A stretch of DNA of 53,652 bases from Gammaproteobacteria bacterium (GTDB taxonomy: Bacteria > Pseudomonadota > Gammaproteobacteria > Eutrophobiales > Eutrophobiaceae). The notes under the pieces were generated by a model. That model saw nothing but the letters and a program-made list of their open reading frames with translations. It was not told the origin of the DNA and searched no databases. This document shows, piece by piece, positions 47,098 through 53,652 of the stretch. The stretch covers positions 1 to 53,652 of the forward strand of contig QNEM01000002.1 in assembly GCA_003645215.1 (NCBI GenBank). Direction: 5' to 3'. A program made the position numbers and the translations under genes. How positions within the stretch are numbered: position 1 is the first letter of the stretch; every line of letters starts with the position of its first letter.

Positions 47098-47394
47098 TTA
47101 TTTCGGCAGGTCGATGACGGGCTGTTTGTCGTTTCTACGATAGATGGAGACAATATTACCGATGCTTTGAACTTGAGTAGCGTGGGTTGTCTGGCAAATA
47201 TCGGCAACTGTTTTATTTTTTAAGTCTCTATCTCCAACGCGTAGTTTTATCTTGATAAGTTCATGATGATCAAGTGCCGATTCAATCTCGGCTGTCACAC
47301 TTTCAGTTAATCCATTTTGGCCAATCCAGAGAACTGGTTTCAAATGATGAGCCTTACTGCGTAGAAATTTTTGTTGTGTTTTTGTTATATCCAT
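47098..47394 (-). CDS. yhbY: Ribosome assembly RNA-binding protein YhbY (CRM domain)
   Basis: QQKFLRSKAHHLKPVLWIGQNGLT...ELIKIKL matches YhbY. Met27 of the listed ORF gives the normal ~98-aa length. Confidence 0.85.
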   Translation of the reverse strand: MDITKTQQKFLRSKAHHLKPVLWIGQNGLTESVTAEIESALDHHELIKIKLRVGDRDLKNKTVADICQTTHATQVQSIGNIVSIYRRNDKQPVIDLPK

Positions 47395-47483
47395 CTGCCT
47401 GATGTTATCACAAACTATCAAGCAAGATGTTCTATCGTGATTTAAGTTGCTGATTCGGTAATTGTTATTCAAAGGTACGTTTA

Positions 47484-48014
47484 CTATTGCTGTTGAAACC
47501 AGTCATCGGATTCTGGTTCATACACCTGAATGAATTCTTCAAGATCTTCTTTCTTTACCATACCGGGCCAACGGGCAACGAGCTTACCATCGGGATGAAA
47601 GAAATAGGTAGTAGGGATTGCTTTCAGGTGTTTGCCACCTACCTTCGATGCAAGCTCCTGGTCACCCATAAGTATGGGGAAGCTGATATCGTGTTTCTTG
47701 ATAAAAGCAGTTGCCAGTTTTTTCTTCCCGTATTTAAAGCTTGGGTAATCAATCGTTATCCCCAGGACTGTTGCATCTGTATCACGGTGTTTAAGATGAA
47801 ATTTATTCAAGTCGGGCATTTCGACAACACACTGGATACAGGTCGGACTCCAGATATTCACCAGCGTCCATTTACCATGGCCAATATATTCTGAAATACT
47901 GTGATAATTACCGTTCAGGTCTTCAAGGGCGACATCAGGGGCCTCTGCCTGGCTTGATTCAGCCAGGAAGACAAGCAGAAAAGACAGCAGTGATATCTTC
48001 AGACTTGGGGGCAT
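47484..48014 (-). CDS. TlpA/ResA-like periplasmic thiol:disulfide oxidoreductase
   Basis: Signal peptide and a thioredoxin-fold CXXC motif, WSPTCIQC. Confidence 0.85.
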   Translation of the reverse strand: MPPSLKISLLSFLLVFLAESSQAEAPDVALEDLNGNYHSISEYIGHGKWTLVNIWSPTCIQCVVEMPDLNKFHLKHRDTDATVLGITIDYPSFKYGKKKLATAFIKKHDISFPILMGDQELASKVGGKHLKAIPTTYFFHPDGKLVARWPGMVKKEDLEEFIQVYEPESDDWFQQQ

Positions 48015-48097
48015 ATTATTGATTTCTGTATCGTCATCTTTAAAACAATTACCATATTGACTCTCCCTTACAGAAAAAGTGCAGTAATCAAGTAGCT

Positions 48098-49192
48098 TTA
48101 TTCGTTGTCAGCGTAGAATTCAATTCTGTTCCTACCATTATTTTTTGCCTGGTAGAGTGCGCGGTCTGCACGTACTACAAATAAGGAAGCAACATCTTTG
48201 ACCTCACCTTCATGTTCGCTGGTATTAAGTGAGTTGATGCCGATTGAGGTTGTGACCTTAATATCCCCATGCTGTGGATCAGTGAATATTCGTTCTTCAA
48301 TAGTTTTCCTGATCCTTTCCCCTATTTCTGCTGCCTTTTTCTTGCCCTTATGTGATAGCAGCACTATAAATTCTTCTCCGCCATACCGGGCTACAACATC
48401 TGTGCTACGGACCAGTTCACGTATGATTTGTGCCACTCCCCTGAGGATCTCATCACCAGCCTGGTGGCCGTAGTTATCATTTACTTTTTTGAAGTGGTCA
48501 ATGTCAATGAACAGGCAGCTTATCTCATCATTTGCACGAATGACACTGGCGACTTCTTCAATCAGGCGTTGATCAAAGAATCTTCTGTTATTAACGCCAG
48601 TAAGAGGATCAATCAGGCCAAGGGTCTTAAGACTTTCCTTGCTAATACTTATTTCCAGGCTTACTGAAACCACAGCTGCCAGACGTTGTAAAAAATCTGT
48701 GGCAGAATCTTCCTGAGTATGATTCCCTGATTGTTTGCAGATATTATAGCTTCCAGTCAGGTGATGGTTTCTGCTTAGTGGAAGTGACCAGGCAGCATCA
48801 GGTTTATTTACTTCTGAGGAAAAAAGAAAAAGGTGAGCATCATTATACGATTGAAATATAGGAAATAACTTCTGCTTATAAAGCTTTTCCAGTTCTTCAT
48901 TGCTATCAATAAACTTTAATTCCGGACATTCAAGGAATTTACTCCCCGTGCGTTCAAGATGTCGTTGAATTTCATATTCAGTATCTACCAGTGTCAGGGT
49001 GGCAAATTCCAGATCAAGGTCAAGCAGACTGTCTTTCAGCAATAATTCAATCAGGTTATTCAGTGAACTTGAATTCATTAGCTCAAGTTCAAAGGCCTGG
49101 AAATTTTTCAGTGTTACATCATTGTATGCAACATCATCAAGCAGGGTATCAAGCAGGCTTTGTAATTCCTGAGCCTCTTCATTGATACTCAT
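48098..49192 (-). CDS. Diguanylate cyclase (GGDEF) with an uncharacterised N-terminal sensor region
   Basis: Active site RYGGEEF, with an RSTD I-site five residues upstream. The ~190-aa N-terminal domain has no motif I recognise. Confidence 0.88.
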   Translation of the reverse strand: MSINEEAQELQSLLDTLLDDVAYNDVTLKNFQAFELELMNSSSLNNLIELLLKDSLLDLDLEFATLTLVDTEYEIQRHLERTGSKFLECPELKFIDSNEELEKLYKQKLFPIFQSYNDAHLFLFSSEVNKPDAAWSLPLSRNHHLTGSYNICKQSGNHTQEDSATDFLQRLAAVVSVSLEISISKESLKTLGLIDPLTGVNNRRFFDQRLIEEVASVIRANDEISCLFIDIDHFKKVNDNYGHQAGDEILRGVAQIIRELVRSTDVVARYGGEEFIVLLSHKGKKKAAEIGERIRKTIEERIFTDPQHGDIKVTTSIGINSLNTSEHEGEVKDVASLFVVRADRALYQAKNNGRNRIEFYADNE

Positions 49193-49225
49193 GATTTTAG
49201 CCTCGTATCCATTAAATAATTCAGC

Positions 49226-49831
49226 TTAAAGTTTTTTGAAACGATACCATGTTAGCAGGGCAAATGCTGGCGCACCTACTGAAGCACCAATCAGAAAGGG
49301 TGGGTGTAGATTCAACCAGACAACGGGTGCGAAGAGAAACAGGATGTCATCAAAATCAAAACCGGAAAAACCGGCATAGGCTTTTTCACCAGTATCCTTC
49401 TGTGCCTGATCAATCTTTTCAGCAAGGATCTCGGCGGCAATTACACCGGCTGTCGCACAGATCCCCATAACAATTGTCCAAAGCCCAAGATCCACATTCC
49501 AGAAAGTTGTATTTCTGAGGCCAATACCGATACCGATAAAAAATAATGCGGTAACAAACACATCTGAAAAATAATCATACTGATGCCCCCACGGGGTGGT
49601 CTTGCCGCCGACTCGAGCCAGTTCACCGTCCGCACGATCCAGAAAGCCAGACAATAACCACATCAAACCGCCATAGAGATTCCACTCTGCCGTACCTATG
49701 GCAAACAGACTACAGGCAACCACGCCGGTAATTAATCTTAGTGTCGTCAGATGATTTGGTGTGACGGGGGTATTAACAAGTGGGAGTATACAAAACCGTG
49801 CTACTTTATGCGTCCAGGAATCGCCGACCAT
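49226..49831 (-). CDS. CDP-alcohol phosphatidyltransferase family protein
   Basis: Signature DRADGELARVGGKTTPWGHQYDYFSD (DG..AR...G...D...D) in a polytopic 201-aa protein. Confidence 0.8.
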   Translation of the reverse strand: MVGDSWTHKVARFCILPLVNTPVTPNHLTTLRLITGVVACSLFAIGTAEWNLYGGLMWLLSGFLDRADGELARVGGKTTPWGHQYDYFSDVFVTALFFIGIGIGLRNTTFWNVDLGLWTIVMGICATAGVIAAEILAEKIDQAQKDTGEKAYAGFSGFDFDDILFLFAPVVWLNLHPPFLIGASVGAPAFALLTWYRFKKL

Positions 49832-50092
49832 GTTAGCCCGGATACTTCATGAGGGAACAAAGAGCAGGGGAAATATGGTAATCAAGATTTGACGATTCCA
49901 CGAAAAAGCATAGCAGTAGCTATGGTTTGAGGGTAATTGTTGAATATTGGCAGCCAGATTTTTCCTGACTTTGTTCAGGTACAAACTGTAATCGTTGTAA
50001 AGGATGTTTAGCACAATATTACTTATTTAATTAACCAGAATTTTAATAACTTTATTTTACTGCCTTCGTGAAATATCCGGGCTGTAGGCCAC

Positions 50093-50929
50093 CTATGCTT
50101 CTTTAAAGCTGGTTAACTCGATAGAGAATTTTTTGATAATACGTTTGATTCGTGGATGAATCAGTGCCTTGTATTCTGCTTCAAATTCATAATCTTTTGC
50201 ACCCGGATCGATTCCATCCCATGGTCCTGTGGCTGGATGTAGATAAATCTCTGATAGGCCGTCTTCAAGATTGGGAAGTATTCGGACCAGTGTATCCAGG
50301 TTCATGTGTCCTGTGTGATGAAAACCGAAAACATGCGTATTGAATTTAATATTATTCTGGATAAGTCGCTTCTTCATTCTGGAGGTGAATGGTTTGAGCA
50401 ATAACCAGCTTGCAAATCGTGTAATTTTTTCTCTGGTACTGTCTATTAATGACTTTAATGGTTTTTCATCAGGGACCCGGACAGCATCCATGCCATAATC
50501 TTTACCAATCTCGATGATGGCATCAAAGATGGTTGGATGAAGGTGCATATGATTATGCGCATTAACATGATCAAGACGTAGTCCAGTTGCTTTAAATGCC
50601 TCGAATTGTGCGCGGATTTCATCTTTCACTTGCTGTTTGACACTGGCGTTGAAAAACATCTTGATGCCGCTGCTGACAAGCTTGTTTGAAAATTCACCAT
50701 TAGCATTGACAAGATCAGGTATATCACTCGCCGGCAGGCAGGCATGACCATTAGACAAGACCAGATGTAAACCGACATTAAGCTCAGGCAATTCTTTGGC
50801 TCGTGCGATGGCATCATCTACTTCAGGCGCAGCGACCATCAAACTGGTGCTGGTTAAGATGCCTTTTTGATGTGCCTGTGAAACAGCCTCATTTACTGGA
50901 ACTGACAGGCCGAAATCATCGCCTGTCAC
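50093..50929 (-). CDS. hpnK: Hopanoid biosynthesis-associated protein HpnK (YdjC-like deacetylase)
   Basis: YdjC N-terminal motif (L)IVTGDDFG with a GTG start, directly downstream of hpnJ. Confidence 0.8.
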   Translation of the reverse strand: MTGDDFGLSVPVNEAVSQAHQKGILTSTSLMVAAPEVDDAIARAKELPELNVGLHLVLSNGHACLPASDIPDLVNANGEFSNKLVSSGIKMFFNASVKQQVKDEIRAQFEAFKATGLRLDHVNAHNHMHLHPTIFDAIIEIGKDYGMDAVRVPDEKPLKSLIDSTREKITRFASWLLLKPFTSRMKKRLIQNNIKFNTHVFGFHHTGHMNLDTLVRILPNLEDGLSEIYLHPATGPWDGIDPGAKDYEFEAEYKALIHPRIKRIIKKFSIELTSFKEA

Positions 50930-50940
50930 TATTAGTTTCT

Positions 50941-52362
50941 TCAGGCTGTGCTCTCCCGTACGAAAAGGAATTTAAAGAATTCCACACCTTCACGCAGACG
51001 ACGCTTCATGATCTCCCAGTCCTGACACATCTCGAAAAATAGTGTTGCCATCTTCCATGGGCGGAAATAGAAACGTTTGTAGAAATTATCAACAGCTTCA
51101 AAGATATCATCACTGGGCAGATGTGGATAATTCAGTACTGAGTGTTGAACACCATCATCACCCACCAGTGTCGTATCATCAATCAACCAGCCATTTTCAA
51201 TGGCCTGCTTGTAGAGAAATGTTCCAGGATAGGCAGCAGGCAGTGACACCTGAATCGTTTGCGGGTTCAGTTCCTGGGCATATTTGATTGATTCTTCAAT
51301 GGTGTCTTTTGTTTCACCAGGAAGGCCAACAATAAAAGTCCCGTGAATGAGGATGCCCAGACTGTGGCAGTCCTTGGTAAACTGACGTGCAATATCTATT
51401 CGAATACCTTTCTTGATATTTATCAGGATCTGCTGATTACCGGATTCGTAACCTACCAGTAACAGTCGCAGACCGTTGTCTTTCATTATCTTCAGTGTTT
51501 CATAAGGGACATTGGCTTTGGCATTACAGGACCAGGTGATGCCCAGTTTGCCAATCTCTTTTGCCAGGGCTTCTACATGTTCGATGTTGTCCGTCAAGGT
51601 ATCATCATCGAAGAAAAATTCCTTAATCTCAGGGAAGTTATCTCTTGCATAAGTTAATTCCCCGATAATATTGTCAACCGAACGCGTGCGGTAATTATGA
51701 CCAGAAATAGTTTGTGGCCAGAGACAGAATGTACAATGAGATTTACAGCCTCTGCCAGTATAGAAAGACATATAAGGATGAAGCATATAACCATTGTAGT
51801 AATCTTTTGTGTCCAGATTTTCTTTATAAACCTTGGTCACCCATGGTAGGGAATCCATGTCTTCTATCAAGGCGCGATCTTTATTGTGTACAGGTTTGCC
51901 ATCTTTTTTGTAGATAATGCCATCGACTTCTTCGAGAGGTTTTCCCTCAGCGATTTCCTTGATGGTGAAATCAAACTCATTACCAGCGACAAAATCAATA
52001 GCATCAGAGGCAAGTACGGTATGGTCCGGGTTCACCGCAACATGCGGGCCGCAAAAGCCAATAATCAATTCTGGATTTTCCTGCTTGAATGCTTCTGCGA
52101 TTTTTACATCGTTTGGAAATGAAGGTGTGCTTGTATACAGCACAAGAAATTCATAATCAGTGGCCAGTGGTAAAACTTCTTCTAATGGTATGTCAGCTGC
52201 TGGTGCATCGATCAAACGGCTACCTTCAACCAGGGCTGAAAGTTGAGCCAACCATGTTGGATACCAGAAGGATTTCACTTCTCGTGTACATTGGTAACGT
52301 GAGCCGGCTCCGCCATCAAAGCCATTAAAGGAAGGCGGATTTAAAAATAATGTTTTTAACAT
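50941..52362 (-). CDS. hpnJ: Hopanoid biosynthesis-associated radical SAM protein HpnJ (B12-binding domain)
   Basis: 473 aa with the radical-SAM cluster motif CKSHCTFC, an N-terminal B12-binding-like domain and hpnI-J-K gene order. Confidence 0.85.
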   Translation of the reverse strand: MLKTLFLNPPSFNGFDGGAGSRYQCTREVKSFWYPTWLAQLSALVEGSRLIDAPAADIPLEEVLPLATDYEFLVLYTSTPSFPNDVKIAEAFKQENPELIIGFCGPHVAVNPDHTVLASDAIDFVAGNEFDFTIKEIAEGKPLEEVDGIIYKKDGKPVHNKDRALIEDMDSLPWVTKVYKENLDTKDYYNGYMLHPYMSFYTGRGCKSHCTFCLWPQTISGHNYRTRSVDNIIGELTYARDNFPEIKEFFFDDDTLTDNIEHVEALAKEIGKLGITWSCNAKANVPYETLKIMKDNGLRLLLVGYESGNQQILINIKKGIRIDIARQFTKDCHSLGILIHGTFIVGLPGETKDTIEESIKYAQELNPQTIQVSLPAAYPGTFLYKQAIENGWLIDDTTLVGDDGVQHSVLNYPHLPSDDIFEAVDNFYKRFYFRPWKMATLFFEMCQDWEIMKRRLREGVEFFKFLFVRESTA

Positions 52363-52425
52363 CCCGATGGGACTCCTAATTTTTCATTAACTACAGAAAT
52401 GACATTCGGTAGTTTTAATGTGTTC

Positions 52426-53628
52426 TTAATTATCTTCTTTTATCAGTTCATTTGGATCAGTTTCTACATCTTCATGCATCAATCCCTCATCATCCACAGA
52501 AAAAGTGTGGTTCCTCCATTCAACTGAATGTCCCGTAAAACTGACGATTCGGATAACGAAGGAGAGTAGATCTCTCACAGGAATAAGCAGCCATGATCCT
52601 CGACCATTCAGGCCAAGCGCGGATTTTACCTGCAGGTGCAGCAAAATTCGAGCAGTAATCGTGATTCCCAGTATTGAGGCAGGTAAAAAGGTGTGCTGCG
52701 TGAATATGAGTGCGAATAGTGCGGTCAGGCTGCTTATCACTAATGTATCTGTCAGGAAGGTGCCCAGATAGCCCAGCGGTTCAACGGCCCTGAGTGTCCT
52801 TGCCCATCGAAGTTCATGTAAAAACAATGACTTACAGTTTGATTCGTAAGACAGGTTCTCTACAATTGTGTGTGATAAATGAATCTTATAGCCGCGCTCA
52901 GTGACCATTTGACCCAACATATAATCATCGGCAAGATAATCGCTCAGGGCTTCAAAGCCCCCAAAATCGGTCAATATTTCACGGCGTACGCCCATCGTCG
53001 CACCCAGGCAATAACTAATATCTTTTAGCGCATTAGATATAAGTACTGAAGGCAGAAACCATTCATTAATAAACATGGCATTCAGTCTTGATGCCAGGCC
53101 ACCTTCCGAGCGGCCTGAATAGAGACAGGTGACAGCACCATTTGCCGCATTGGCAAATGGCGCGACAATATCGTGCAGGTAGTTTTTACCTACGCGCATA
53201 TCACTGTCTGCAACCAGTAATAAGTCGTGTTTTGCTGTAGGGAACATATTAATCAGATTTGAAACCTTGTGATTTGAGCCATGTAGCCGTGTGTCGATGA
53301 CCATTTCCAGATCCAGTTGCGGATAATCCTGGATAATTTTTTCAATCACAGGAATTGCCGTGTCATCTTCGCCATGCAAGCCAAAGATAATTTGATATTC
53401 GGGGTAATCTTGTTCGCAGAACGATCTTAAATTCTCATCCATACCATGTTCCAGGCCGCAGATGGGTTTAAGCACCGTGGCCGGTGGTGTGAAGCCGGAA
53501 GGAATGTGGGGTCTTTTTCTGCTTTTGCGAAGTTCAATGATGCTGAAATTGGCGAACAATAAATAGCCAATGGCGCAGAAGCTAATCAGCACCAACAGAT
53601 CAAATATGATTTCGTAACTCCCCATCAA
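52426..53628 (-). CDS. hpnI: Hopanoid biosynthesis-associated glycosyltransferase HpnI (GT2)
   Basis: N-terminal TM helix and a GT2 core (VADSDM, and the Q/RxxRW-like motif HELRWARTLR). First gene of the hpnIJK unit. The start is TTG 53628 or ATG 53625. Confidence 0.82.
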   Translation of the reverse strand: MMGSYEIIFDLLVLISFCAIGYLLFANFSIIELRKSRKRPHIPSGFTPPATVLKPICGLEHGMDENLRSFCEQDYPEYQIIFGLHGEDDTAIPVIEKIIQDYPQLDLEMVIDTRLHGSNHKVSNLINMFPTAKHDLLLVADSDMRVGKNYLHDIVAPFANAANGAVTCLYSGRSEGGLASRLNAMFINEWFLPSVLISNALKDISYCLGATMGVRREILTDFGGFEALSDYLADDYMLGQMVTERGYKIHLSHTIVENLSYESNCKSLFLHELRWARTLRAVEPLGYLGTFLTDTLVISSLTALFALIFTQHTFLPASILGITITARILLHLQVKSALGLNGRGSWLLIPVRDLLSFVIRIVSFTGHSVEWRNHTFSVDDEGLMHEDVETDPNELIKEDN

Positions 53629-53652
53629 GAAACCGCTAACAAATTGATTTAA

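Overview
This 53.6-kb window looks like proteobacterial chromosome. The synteny is gamma/beta-type: lptD-surA-pdxA-rsmA, apaG-apaH, lgt-thyA-folA and comM-ubiK...glnK-amtB. By eye the DNA is moderately AT-rich; GC was not computed. I support 46 protein-coding genes. I found no rRNA, tRNA, CRISPR array, transposase, integrase, phage gene or recognisable defence gene. Most of the content is housekeeping: glcB, pckG, HU, lgt, thyA, folA, an ABC-F ATPase, aroE, the envelope operon lptD-surA-pdxA-rsmA, and the hopanoid side-chain genes hpnI/J/K. The most unusual region is 0.9-12.8 kb. It is an unbroken block of nine phosphate/polyphosphate genes: an HhH protein with a poly-lysine tail, PPK2, PiT, a PhoU-like DUF47 protein, PPX, a CYTH-like/CHAD protein, a SixA-like histidine phosphatase, PPK1 and a Na/Pi cotransporter. 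The block is bracketed by an imperfect direct repeat (31/35 nt) of the 3' end of malate synthase G. I read this as a self-contained polyP-granule module that may have entered as one unit, with the lysine-tail HhH protein as its least-described component. Other notable structure: (1) a family of inverted repeats built from heptamers (GTGAAG words) sits at gene ends and supplies the stop codons of two genes. (2) There is a nitrogen block with two near-identical sigma-54 promoters driving a TorF-type porin and glnK-amtB, a second diverged glnK-amtB pair without a sigma-54 promoter, and a stand-alone RnfD/NqrB-like membrane protein fused to a Cys-rich Sel1 repeat. (3) An outer-membrane barrel with a His-rich loop sits behind a perfect 17-bp palindrome. 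(4) There is an orphan TRAP DctQM pair with no DctP. All functional calls rest on motifs I recognised by eye; no database search was run.
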